Assembly (NCBI GenBank): GCA_044892525.1
Contig: CM097885.1
Coordinates: 32,242,001-32,306,000, forward strand
Direction: 5' to 3'
DNA from: Schmidtea polychroa
Taxonomy: Eukaryota
DNA length: 64,000 bases
The translations under genes and the position numbers were made by a program. The notes beneath the pieces are model-generated. The model was not told where the DNA came from and ran no database searches. It saw only the letters and a list, made by a program, of their open reading frames with translations. This document shows positions 23,351 to 35,042 of this stretch, piece by piece (positions within the stretch are counted from its first letter, which is position 1; each line of letters opens with the position of its first letter).

Positions 23351-25431
23351 TTAAATTTGATCTTCGTCCCATTCGCTGTCGTCAAAACTGGGACTTGGAG
23401 CTGGACCGAATTCCTCATCATATTCGCTTAATTCATCAACTCCTAAATAGTGCCCAAATGCGTAACTTATGTTTTTGCCTAGCCACGCGCGCTTATCATC
23501 ATTATTACTTAGGGCAATTTTCGAATTTTTAAATGTAAAAAGTTGGTGATTTCTAGTACCTATTCTAGTCTGTGGTACAGAAATCACCTGATTTGAATTA
23601 AAGCAATTTAAATAGGACCTTCAAGTTCATAATATGGCAGGACAATTGTGACGGCAATTTCCTCCACTTTCCTTAAAAAATCCAAAATACAATTAGGTCC
23701 AAAAAAATAATAATAAAATTTAGTGTTTGTATAATTATTAATTAATAAAAGACCTGCTGATATGGGTAAATTTATTTGATGATATGTTTCATGTTCAGGT
23801 AAAACCGATTCAAAATCGGCATAAATTACGAAGGGAGGTGTAACGGTTTTTGCGTAATCTGTGAATAATAAATCCTTATTTTTAGGAAGTGTATACAAGG
23901 TTGTGCCAGTCTGATTTTTACAGCATAGAGCAACATGCTGATCGAAAGCATTCTTATATCTAAAGCCATTTAAACAATGTGGGCACCAGTTACACCTTAT
24001 TTGAACATTAACATTTTCATTTAAATGGCAATTCATTAATTTGTCCAAGTCTGTCACGGCCGTATAATGATATTTATCTTTATTACTCAAAAGTAATAAG
24101 TAAATCGGCCTACCATCTATAACCTTGGAGCGATGTACAATATTAAGATGAGGGTGGTGAGCTACATAATCCTCAGAAATATCACAATCAGAACTGGCTG
24201 GATTATAAGACAGAACGTTTATGCTTAAGTTTAAATCCGGATTTTTCCTTTCGAATTTGGGAATGTTACATAGCCTCATCGGGCAATCTGTGTCTTCGTC
24301 ATAATTTAATAGATGTAAAAATTCGTAATATTTGGCGGCTCTTTGGTGATTACGACCTATTTCTTCTCTTTTTAAAAGTGCAAGAATGCTATACAAGAAA
24401 CACTTATGGTCGTTGTTTTTAACATTAATTATTGCGTGTTTTAATTTTAATGCAGATGGGGTTTTTATATAACTATGTCCGGATAATCTACTAACGGGTG
24501 CGTATTTCGTTAAAATAAAATCTATCTCTAAAATATTCATTACTCGCCACCCGCTTCCTAAATAAGTGAATTGCTCAATCTTTTCATTTAATTTGCTCAC
24601 CCCCTCGTTTATAAAGTTTGCTGTAAAAACTTGCGCATTGTTTGAAAAATAATTATCCCGGATCTCCCCATCTTTTTCAAATTTAATTAAAATTGTAAAT
24701 TGAATTTTTACATTGCCCATCATTTCTATTTCCTCTATTAATCTTTCTTCAATTTTTGATGTTAGGGCTATTTTTACTAAGTTTTGATTTCTTATGTCAA
24801 ATTTTAATGTTTTTCGTGATCCGTTCAAATCGGATTCTACCATAGGTTCAAACAAAGAGCCGCCTATTTGACATATGTTGAAAGACGTTGACGCTACACA
24901 TTCATCATTGATGACTATCACTTCTTGTTGTGTAGAGGGTGCTTGTTGTGTAATGGGTGCGTGTTGTGTGAAAGATGTTGAAGCTACACATTCATCTTTG
25001 CTGATGACTATCACTTCAGGTCGCGATAATTTATTAGGAATATAATTTTTAATTAAACCAGCAGGTCTTTTAATAGAATCTTTTTTAATAATATTTATAG
25101 AATCTTTTTTAATAATAATAGTATCTTTTTTAATAGTATCTTTATAATCTGTTTTTTCTTTTATAATAGTTTTTTTAATATTTTTTAAATCTTTTTTAAT
25201 ATCTTTTTTAATAACATCTTTTTTAATAATATTTTTTTGTAAATTTTTTTGTAATTTTTTTTTATTTTTATTTATTTTTTTAAATAAAACATTTTTTGAA
25301 ATCGAAAATTGCCCTAAGTGACTATGATGTTTATTAAAAAATGTCATATATTTTATTTTTTCGCTAGTCACGCATTTGGGACATATAAAAAAGTTGAGTG
25401 AATTAAACTTTTTTCGGTAATATTTTCTCAT
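23351..25431 (-). pseudogene. pPolB of element B with a large internal deletion
   Basis: The N-terminal part (GSGW, INVKNNDHKCFLYSILA, YADFES) is joined near 23620 to the C-terminal KIALSNNDDKR; the polymerase core is missing. Confidence 0.88.
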
Positions 25432-25683
25432 TGTATCATGACATTGTTCGTTATGGCCAATTGATGATTGGCAATAATTTGGGTATAGTCTACCTGTTAA
25501 ATAATAAAATTAAAGTTTTAATTCAAATGAACTATATAACAAATGATGATAAATCCTTATAGAAAATAGGTTAATATATTCGAGAGAATATTAGAGAGAT
25601 TTTAGTAGATAGGTCAGATTATTATTATTATTATTATTATATGAATATGTTAAATATTAGAGAGACTATAGTAGACGAGTCTG

Positions 25684-25748
<65 letters not shown>

Positions 25749-25890
25749 AAAGAGAAGTAGCTGCATGCTTACTGCAAACTACTGTAGATGGGGTCTGATT
25801 ATTATTATTTATATATTATTATTATATAAAAGAGAAGTAGCTGCATGCTCACTGCAGACTACTATGTAGCTACGTGCTCACTGTAGACTA

Positions 25891-26050
<160 letters not shown>

Positions 26051-26169
26051 TTAACTATTGTAGATGCACATTGCAAACTACAAGGATTTATTTTATAACT
26101 ATAATTTTGTAATCACTTTTTTAAATATTTTCACAATAATTTCATTATATTTCAAAAACGTAGTATTTA

Positions 26170-26500
26170 CTTCATATAATCATTTTCATCATAAATCATA
26201 AATCATTTTCTTCATAAATTTCGTCATAATTTCATCATTTTCATCATAAATCCTTTTCATCATAATTTTGGGCATAAATCATTTTCTTCATAATTTTGGT
26301 TATAAATCATTTTCATCATAAATTCATAAATCATTTTCTTCTTAATTTGGGCATAAATCATTTTCTTCATAATTTTGAGCATAAATCATTTTCATCATAA
26401 TTTTCGTCATAAATCATAAATCATTTTCATCATTATTTTGGTCATAAATCATTTTCTTCATAAATCATTTTCTTCATAAATTTTCTTCATAAATTCGTCA
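26170..26500. repeat. Degenerate short tandem repeat (CATAAATCATTTTC-like)
   Basis: Repeated CATAAATCATTTTCTT/CATCATAA units. Confidence 0.75.
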
Positions 26501-26604
26501 TAAGTTAAGTACAAAAGTTTTTAAGAAAATAATGAAATTAATATGAAAATATTTAAAAAGTGCTTATAAAACTTTAAAGAAATATAAAAATAAATAAGTC
26601 TTAC

Positions 26605-27302
26605 ATTGCGATTCCATATCGGAATCAGAGTCCTCCTCAATAGAAGTGAGGGTATTATCCGGAACATTCATTTCATCGACTTCCTCAATAGAAGTGAGGG
26701 TATTATCCAGAACATTCATTTCATCGACTTCCTCAATAGAAGTGAAGGTATTATCCAGAACATTCATTTCATCGACTTCCTCGGCATCCATATCAACATT
26801 AAACGCTAAAAAATTTTTTTTTAAAAAATAAAATACTAAAGTAAAATAAATTTACTTTTTTCGTTGAAAACCTTGTTTTGCCCAACATCATTAACCGGGG
26901 CATTAATTTCTCCAATAAATACTACATCCTCGTCATTAAACGCTAAAAAAAAATTTTTTAAAAAAATAAAATACTTAAGTAAAATAAATTTACTTTTTTC
27001 GTTGAAAACCTTGTTTTGCCCAACATCATTAACCGGGGCATTAATTTCTCCAATAAATATTACATCCTCGTCATCGCTAATAATAATAGGTTTTAAAATA
27101 TATATAAAATTAATTTTAATAAAAATTAAAATGATAAATTTACCGAAGATATTTTCCACATTTAAAATCGAATCATCTTCGGTTACTTGGTACCAGTCGA
27201 ATGGTTCTAAAAGAATAAAATAAAATATAATAAAATATAATAAAATAAATTACCCATCGTCGTCAATAGATTTCTTAAAACGCGATTATTAGTGTTTTCC
27301 AT
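26605..27302 (-). CDS. Multi-exon acidic protein with repeated SIM-like motifs (3' end uncertain)
   Basis: ATG at 27302; GT-AG introns at 27207-27253, 26943-26993 and 26806-26855, plus one from 27143 with an apparently mutated acceptor. Exons join in frame; PIIISDDED, DEDV[IV]FIGE x2 and a 16-aa repeat x3. Confidence 0.65.
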
Positions 27303-27767
27303 TTTAGATTAGAATTAGATTTTGAATTTTTAAAATTTTAAAATAATTGTGACAAATTTTAGATTTGTCAATGTTTATAAAGAGAATGAATATTTTCCTG
27401 TCCCAGCCAATGAGAATATAGACACACACATATACACTGAATATTTACTCTCTCAACCAATCACACGCATGCATGTATGTAATGTAAATCACTCAGAAAT
27501 TACATGTGACTGCCTTTGTTAGTCATGCCTTTGTTAACTTGCACTGTGCATGCTTCAGGCATAGGTAGTCTTTATGTTACAAATAATAATATTTATTTGA
27601 ATAATAATAATAATAATATTAATAATAATAATATTAATAATAATAATAATAATAATATTAATAATAATAATAATATTAATAATAATAATATTAATAATAA
27701 CAATCACAACAACAAAGGAAAGGATACATTTATTAAACATCAAATTTTATTAAACATTCATTTTTCT

Positions 27768-28152
27768 TTAAACATCAAATTTTTTGTACAATAACCAAGC
27801 TAAACAATGTTGACCACATGTTTGGGTCAATGGATTTTGAAACATAGTTTTATTATACACAATAGGTTTTCCCATTGTTTGTAGTTTTGATATCAACAAA
27901 GCCGGGTAATAAAATCCCATAGGATCGAACACGAATATATTACCAGGTTTCACATATATAGCTATCCAATGTTCTCCACCAAGATGAGACGATTGATTAT
28001 TGACGATTATTGCTTGATTATTGCTCAAATACGGAATTTTATCAAGAGGAAAAACTCAAACAAATTCATTTCCCAATATCTGTTTTCCGATTTTATTGAC
28101 CTGAACAGAACTACTTAAATAAATCCAGAGTATAAAAAACAACTTACTCCAT
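27768..28152 (-). pseudogene. Adenain-like protease of element B, spliced, with one nonsense codon
   Basis: GEHWIAIY, FDPMG and Q....TCGQHC. ATGGA|GTAAGT...TAG|T (intron 28111-28147) gives MDSVQV; TGA stands where Gly is expected in FVxVF. Confidence 0.85.
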
Positions 28153-28177
28153 GACAACTTTATGTTTCAATATACAT

Positions 28178-29397
28178 TTATACCAACACAGTTCTATTTG
28201 CAGTAATTTGAACTTCATTTTCAAATACTCCATATATTATAACATGTACTGGTTCAGTAATAGCTTTTGCAAAATTTATATCCAGTCGTAAATTTCCATT
28301 TTGAGGTAATCGACTTTGATTTAAATCAAAATCAGGGGCTAAAACAAATGTAAAAAATGGGTATTTGCTTTTAAAATCTTCTAGAGTTATTCCGCAATTC
28401 AAATTTTTATCTAAATAACCCAGATTTCTAACAATATTCTGCATATATGTCGCACAGTAATTGTCATTCTCGAAATCTTGTATATATGTTTCTCTATAAT
28501 CAGTATTTTTCGACAAAGTCAATGATGTAACACCAAAGTTTTTGAAAATTGAGCTGGACGCAGTATATGATCCATTATATTGTGCTTCACTTTGAAATGT
28601 TATCAGAATAAAATTAGGCATTCTTCTGTCACCAAATATTTGTTCTTTATAGAATGATGAAGCACCTTTAGCAATAGCAAATTGTACAATTTCCTTTGTT
28701 TTTAATGGATAAATTGCATGTTTTGAATTAAGACCTAATTGATGACCTGCTAATACTGAGGGGTCTACGCGAACTCTTCTACCAATAATTTTGCATCAAC
28801 TAATTGACATATTGGTGTAGTAGTTGCACTAGTAAGAGATAATGCAGAATCAGACCTTTTCAGTCTAATATGTACATTAACTCCCGGTAGTAAATATTTC
28901 GGTTGATCCATAAAATCAAGTTGTAATGATGAGCACATGGTGAAAACCTTTGAGCCTTTTACCCACTTTTTTCTTTCATCATCACTGCCATAACCCATAG
29001 GAGTAAGACATGTATTTTTAGTATCGGAATTGTAATTTAAAATAGTTTCTATTAATGCCTTGTGAATGAATGTATTATTTCCGCCCTCAATCTTGATATT
29101 ATTAAATCCCAACACTGCATCTTTAAAAAGAGTATGAAACAGGAAATTGTTCGGTATTACATCTGCATTGGCATCCAAAACTTTTCTATCTTTATCTACA
29201 ACCTAAATCTGAACAGTCAATAAAGTATCGTTCAAATCTAAATATTCGGTTTGCGAACCATTAATATAAAACTCGATATCATTTCTACTATCGGTAATTG
29301 AATTCATAGGAAAAACTTCCTCAAATGCCCCAAATTCTATTACAGCCTGGGGCGACGGTCTATCAAATATACATAATTCAGATTTACCACAAATCAT
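28178..29397 (-). pseudogene. Major capsid protein (double jelly roll) of element B
   Basis: N-terminal CGKSELCIF..P.Q, YLDLNDT and C-terminal GNLRLDINF...VIIYGVFEN; broken by a TAG at 29203 and a frameshift near 28775. Confidence 0.9.
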
Positions 29398-29768
29398 TTT
29401 GCAAATATAGTTCCATGTCCTTTCATTCGTTTGTTTATACGTGATATTCCATGTCTTTTACGTTTTGGAGCATGAGCTGGAGCTGGAGCTGGAGGTTTCT
29501 CTTTATGAAACATACCTGCAACCCCGGGTAAAACTTCCCCTAATTCTGCTAAAGCATTTGTTTTTAGAGATGGTAATATTTTCTGTTCATTCATAATAAC
29601 ATCTTTTGCAGTTTTCATACCAAAACTACCAATACGTTTAAGAATAGGCAATGCAAATCTACCAATTGTTCTCAACCATCCTGATCCGTACTGTTTACCA
29701 ATAAAATATGGTAAATCACCACCAGATTGGCTACCACTATACATACTAATAATATCAGAATTAGCCAT
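29394..29768 (-). CDS. Small basic core or membrane-active virion protein
   Basis: QSGG and QYGSG protease-site-like motifs followed by an amphipathic helix WLRTIGRFALPILKR; basic tail; overlaps the MCP start. Confidence 0.65.
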   Translation of the reverse strand: MANSDIISMYSGSQSGGDLPYFIGKQYGSGWLRTIGRFALPILKRIGSFGMKTAKDVIMNEQKILPSLKTNALAELGEVLPGVAGMFHKEKPPAPAPAHAPKRKRHGISRINKRMKGHGTIFAK

Positions 29769-30779
29769 TTATTTTACGAAAATGTAATGTCAAATGAGTT
29801 TTTGAACCTTTTGGAAGTTCGATTAATTGACCAGAATCATTTCTTATATTTATTTCTATATTGTTTATACAAGAATTTGAAACAGGTAAATACATAGGAT
29901 TTTCTACATTGATTTGTACAACTTCATCTTGATCATGTTTTTCAATCCATATAGATTTCATTAAAGGAACACTAGAATCGCCAACAATAACTGGTTCCAC
30001 GATATTACTGTAAATGAACATTTGCTGATGATGTTTAAGGATTTTCGGGTTGTTTGTTCCTTCACAAATTTGTTCATTTTGTGTACATATTGGTTTAGTC
30101 AATCCTAATGTTTTTGTCAAATTTGAGTCAAATTTAACTTGACTAAGATTAGAATTTATACTAAATCTAAATACTTTATCTTTTTGAAGCTCGAAAACTG
30201 TTAAAATCTCGCTACAATTGTCAGCTAAATAGGTTTGTAATTGTTCGAGGTCTGTAATATATAAATTATCTTTAAAAGTATATGCATGCTCAGTTATTTC
30301 AATGTATGATAGCTTAAATTTGAATTCCACTAAATTATTAGTTTTTGGAAGTGTAGAGAAGTGTAGATTTTGACTGTATCATTAAATACATTACGTAAAT
30401 CAGTAAATCCAAGAAGTTTAGCATCAGCCATTGTAGAAAATAAAATTTCGAACGGCTTATTCAAGCAATTCATGTATAAATATTGACCATCATCATAAAT
30501 TATAGGTTTCCTTGATTTCGATGAACTCGTCAAGTTATAACTATCTTTATCAATAAGAACATTAATATATTCCGTTACTGCTACTTTCTTATTATATTCA
30601 ATAACGGATTTGCTATAGATTGGGAATAAATTGTATACAAATGTAAAATCCAACAGAGCAACTTTCCAGTCATTATCCAAATAGATGGGGTTTTGGAGTT
30701 CGATGATGAATTTGCTTGCTTGATTTTCTGGATGAATTAATGGACAACTATTGCTCGGCAAAATAGTATAAAAATTCAC
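29761..30779 (-). pseudogene. Minor capsid protein (penton) of element B
   Basis: FYTILPSNS...WKVALLD at the N-terminus and FIYSNIVEP..VGD...PL...LHFRK at the C-terminus; frameshift from a short TCTACACTTC duplication near 30350-30370. Confidence 0.88.
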
Positions 30780-31404
30780 TTTACTAGGTCTTTTGCTGAT
30801 ATCCATGACGGGTTTTGATAACCATGCCATTTGACATAGTATTGTTTATCCTTACCGACCTTTTTAGTTTTCAATATTTTTTGAATTCTAAATACTTTTG
30901 GGGGAGGAATGACTTGTAATTCCTGCTCATAAAATTTCCCTTGTATAATATTATTATCATTGTCTTTGATGACATACATTACAGGATTCTGTTTAGTATT
31001 TATTTTTGAAATTACAAAGACTTCATCACTCCAATTTGTATCAAAATTTTTAATAAATGGTGATGCACTAATTTTACTAATTCTAACATGGTCGCCGACT
31101 TTATATTTAGGTTTTGCAATTTTTACAGATTTTTTAGATACTGGTGTTTTTGATGTAATATCAACCGGTCTCAATCCATTCAGTCCTCGATGTGATGAAT
31201 GATTATAACTTGTTATTATTTTCGGTAAAGCATTTACCCATTTTTATTACCTTGATGCACGAACAACTTCTTTAATCTATCTCTCAATGTTCGATTAAAT
31301 CTTTCAACATGGGCAGCTTTGTATTGAGAATGTACCGAGTAGTGATTTATTTTCAGTTTATCGAGGATTTGCTTAACTTTGCTATTGTAGAATTCTTTAC
31401 CTAA

Positions 31405-31481
<77 letters not shown>

Positions 31482-31869
31482 CTAAATCGGTTTGCAAGTT
31501 ATTAGGATGTCCATCTTTAAATAAAATATTAATTGCCTTCGACATTTCTTCTGCAGATTTTGCCTTGACTGGTATTGCTCGTGCAAACCTGCTGTATACA
31601 TTAATACATGTTAAAATATATTTATTCCCATTGTTAATTTTCGAATAAGGTATCATCTCCATCAAATCCATTTGCCATAAATCGTCAATACCGAATGTTT
31701 TATACGCTCTTGTTGGAAATCTTTCCCGCATTGGTTTGTTCAAACTGTACGCAAGCTGATCTGATAACCACTTCTGGGTTTCTTTTTTCGAATTCGGAAC
31801 TCTTTTGTTTAATTTTGCCACTCCACCGAAACCGGCTTCGTCTTCTGGGTTCGTCCAAATCTTCTCCAT
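30776..31869 (-). pseudogene. Retroviral-like integrase with C-terminal chromodomain; intron 31401-31481
   Basis: WQMDL, TDLG|KEF, VERFNRTL, KYKVGDHVRIS and YYVKWHGY..SWI; -1 frameshift in an A-run near 31243. Confidence 0.93.
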
Positions 31870-31927
31870 TACAACAAGAAGATTTAAAATTAAATTTAAT
31901 GTCGGGCAATGAAGGATTAGCACCCAT
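31700..31927 (-). CDS. Possible small myristoylated protein overprinted on the integrase 5' end
   Basis: MGANPS fits MGxxxS; SSCC motif; starts 3 nt after the previous stop codon. Confidence 0.45.
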   Translation of the reverse strand: MGANPSLPDIKFNFKSSCCNGEDLDEPRRRSRFRWSGKIKQKSSEFEKRNPEVVIRSACVQFEQTNAGKISNKSV

Positions 31928-31930
31928 TGT

Positions 31931-32464
31931 TTATGATTGATTTCCTACAACTCCACCTAATAATGATAATGCCAGAGGTATCAATGCACCAATAAATCCA
32001 CCTTGTTGTTTATATATAATTTTTTTCATTAGCTTACGATTTTTATTATTTACTAAAGATAACAATGGTTTCCTATGTTTGCTCAATAAATGCTTTTTTG
32101 ATTTACTGATTTTAATTTTACCTTTGACTACTTTAAGTATAATATTGAGTAAATCATCGACAACAAAATTTGGGAATGATTGCAATATATTCATTCTTTT
32201 CATACTCGGGGCCTTTAACAATGCATTAAAAAATGGAAAACTGCGATGATTTTTAACTACTTTTTTACCGGTTTTACGTGTTTTACGGGTTTTACGTTTA
32301 GGTTTAGGATTTTTCGAAATAAGATTCATTGCAGAGAAATTTTCAGTTACAAGTTTTTTAGACGGTGTATAACTAGTTGTTGGTGGAACTTTTGGAACTT
32401 TAATACTCTTTCTAATACTTTTTCTTAATTTCCTAATATTTTTCACCCTTGCTTTTAGAAACAT
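31931..32464 (-). CDS. Basic core protein with an adenovirus pX-like C-terminus
   Basis: K/R-rich; ends QQGGFIGALIPLALSLLGG (compare adenoviral pX RGGxLPxLIP). Confidence 0.75.
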   Translation of the reverse strand: MFLKARVKNIRKLRKSIRKSIKVPKVPPTTSYTPSKKLVTENFSAMNLISKNPKPKRKTRKTRKTGKKVVKNHRSFPFFNALLKAPSMKRMNILQSFPNFVVDDLLNIILKVVKGKIKISKSKKHLLSKHRKPLLSLVNNKNRKLMKKIIYKQQGGFIGALIPLALSLLGGVVGNQS

Positions 32465-32482
32465 TATTATTCATAGAGGTTT

Positions 32483-33109
32483 TCAACTTTGTTTATAAAC
32501 CATGGCACCTTTTGGGTTGAAAATATCTGTTTTTACTCGTAAATCATCGGGACATTGTTGTGTGAAATCAAGAAATATATATCCATGAGATATTTTTGTT
32601 GCATCTTGAAATGCACTGATAAGAAAATTACGATTGTTAGGGTATGCTTGACGTGCAAGAAAATCAATCACTGTTGCATCTCTAGGATTCTTGAAAATAA
32701 CTAAATATTGCACATTTAAATTACGTGTTCGATGTGCCCCACCTTGATGAAATAGATTTTGTGTTATGAAAATAACTGTTACACCGACATGTCTGCTGAT
32801 CTTTGTAAATAAATTATTAAAATCTTTTTCTTTATTAGCTTCTTGATACAAATCATCGATAATAATGACATCACCTTTCTTTAATCGGCTGGACCAGTTT
32901 TTATCGAATCCCTTTACTATTTTCATGTTTTTTAATTTACAGAAACTTGATTGAGTTAATCCATGTTCTTCATCAGCACCCCTATGCTAATAAATCCTGT
33001 TGAATTTTGATTTGAGTAAATTTGATTTTAGTAATTTACAAACAAATAATGTTTTTCCGCTACCACTCGGACCAACGATTTGGTATACTGCATCATTTCT
33101 TAATTCCAT
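32483..33109 (-). pseudogene. A32/FtsK-like DNA packaging ATPase of element B
   Basis: ATG at 33109, Walker A GPSGSGKT, Walker B IIIDD, SRH and ITQNLF; one in-frame TAG near 32988. Confidence 0.92.
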
Positions 33110-33208
33110 TTCAAAAATTTTATAAATGTGTATTTGTTTATATTCGATGATTTAATGAATTTGTGCTCAATTTGTATATAAAGACTAATTTTCATAAATG
33201 ATTTAATA

Positions 33209-33646
33209 ATGTTAGCAAATATAAATTATCGAGGAAATTTTGATGTATCGAATATGAGGTTCCCACCAGGGAAACCCCAGCAAATTATCGATAGAAGCGG
33301 GAAATATCCGATAATATTTTTCAAGACTGGTAAATGCAGAATCATGGGATGTAAGAAACCTTTGGATATTAATAAATTACAATATCGAATAAATAATATT
33401 ATAATTCAATCAATTACCGTTACTATGGATATGGGACATAGTATCAATCTATATAACATTTCGAAAAAATGTGATTGTATGTTTGAACCGGAATTGTTTC
33501 CGGCACTAAGACTATTAAAATATAACCCTATATGTGTCAACGTGTTTGCTAGTGGAAAGGTTGTCATGTTGGGGTTGAGAAATTTGGAGTATAGAGAATT
33601 TGTTGACAAGGTTCGAAATGAGATAATTTCATTGGTCGATTTCTAA
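33209..33646 (+). CDS. TATA-binding protein (TBP)-like protein
   Basis: IIFFKTGKCRIMG, IQSITVTMD...INL, FEPELFPAL and VNVFASGKVVMLG align by eye with TBP LIFSSGKMVCTG, IQNMVGSCD..IRL, YEPELFPGL and LLIFVSGKVVLTG. Confidence 0.88.
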   Translation: MLANINYRGNFDVSNMRFPPGKPQQIIDRSGKYPIIFFKTGKCRIMGCKKPLDINKLQYRINNIIIQSITVTMDMGHSINLYNISKKCDCMFEPELFPALRLLKYNPICVNVFASGKVVMLGLRNLEYREFVDKVRNEIISLVDF

Positions 33647-33718
33647 TTGGTTAATTTCTAATTGGTTATTGATTGATTTAAACAAACGGTTTTTTGTTTA
33701 GGATTCATTTATTTCACT

Positions 33719-34135
33719 ATGTACAAAATTCCGAGTGCTGCGAATCTCATGAAAGAAATAGACGATTATGGTAAATTTAAAATTTTTATTTTTACATTTT
33801 TTATATTTATTATTTTAGAAAAATATTTAGAAGTCATGATCAATAGGATAAAATATTATTATCCGCAAATTGCTGAAGTAATCAAGGATCGGGAACCGGA
33901 AATCATCCCTGATTTGATTTTTTATTCAACCCAAATAAGAATCATGGAGGTATTTCACCAATTTTTATGGGATGTGAAAATCAACAGAACTATGAAGCAA
34001 ATGGAGCCGGAGTACCAATGCATCATCGGATGCTCATGCTGTGCCGATCGATATCGGCGATATGTCCAATGGGAGTTAGTGAAAACTCTGAGAAGGTTTC
34101 ACTACTCCCGGATTGTTGATTTAGGTTATGAATAA
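33719..34135 (+). CDS. Hypothetical Cys-containing protein with an in-frame intron at 33771-33818
   Basis: 48-nt U-rich GTAAAT...TTTTAG segment; CIIGCSCC motif. Confidence 0.6.
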   Translation: MYKIPSAANLMKEIDDYGKFKIFIFTFFIFIILEKYLEVMINRIKYYYPQIAEVIKDREPEIIPDLIFYSTQIRIMEVFHQFLWDVKINRTMKQMEPEYQCIIGCSCCADRYRRYVQWELVKTLRRFHYSRIVDLGYE

Positions 34136-34393
34136 ATGTATTTTTGTATCTGTTGTGTTTTTTTAATTTTATATTTGAAATAGTAATAAATAATAATAGT
34201 AATAATAGTAATAATAATAATAGAAATAATAGAAATATGAATAGTAATAATAATAATAATAATAATAGAAATAATAGAAATATGAATAGTAATAATAATA
34301 GTAATAATAGAAATATGAATAGTAATAATAATAGAAATAATATAAATAATAATAGTAATAATAAAACATTAATAGAACATAAATGCAGCATTA

Positions 34394-34470
34394 ATGCAAA
34401 TGACATGCAAATTTAAACAAAGACATTCTATAATCTGATTGGTTGATAGGCATGAGTCAAAGGTATAAAA
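34394..34470 (+). promoter_or_regulatory. Putative Pol II promoter: two octamers, reverse CCAAT, AP-1 and TATA
   Basis: ATGCAAAT at 34394 and 34405, GATTGG, TGAGTCA at 34453 and TATAAAA at 34464; ORF starts at 34505. Confidence 0.6.
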
Positions 34471-34504
34471 ACCCTGTAACATTTCAATTTCATCATTATT
34501 CACT

Positions 34505-34915
34505 ATGACCAAGAAAATTTCATGCACCGAAAAACCTAAAGAAATGGTACAACCAGTTCAAATGTTCCATAACTACAAAATGTATTTTTTGAAAGAAGAA
34601 ATCAATATGAAATTGGTTGCACCAGTCAAGCTAATTCCAACTAAATTTCAATTCTTATCCGGCACGCTTTCAATGATTGATGTCAAAACAATTGATGATG
34701 TTTTTAAACGGATAGATTCGAATCTAACATGTAATCAACATGCATGGTTCAACAATAGATATGCAAGATTTTATGATGCTTTTGATGAAATCAGTTTCAA
34801 GGAAAATGAAAATTGGTATATAACTATTGCAATCCAGGGATATTAAGTTGATAATAATGATGTATATTCTCCTATTTGGAAAATTATGTCTGCTAGACTT
34901 TCACAAATATTTTAG
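34505..34915 (+). pseudogene. Hypothetical protein, probably interrupted by a TAA at 34844
   Basis: The frame continues as VDNNDVYSPIWKIMSARLSQIF after the stop; promoter-like module upstream. Confidence 0.45.
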
Positions 34916-35042
34916 TGTTATATTTAATAAATGTACTAGTCAGATTTGTTTTTTCTCTTTATTAATTGCAACATAAATGCAAATGACATGCAAATTTAAC
35001 AAAGAAAATCTATAAACAAACTTAAAATATAGCTTTAAAGTG

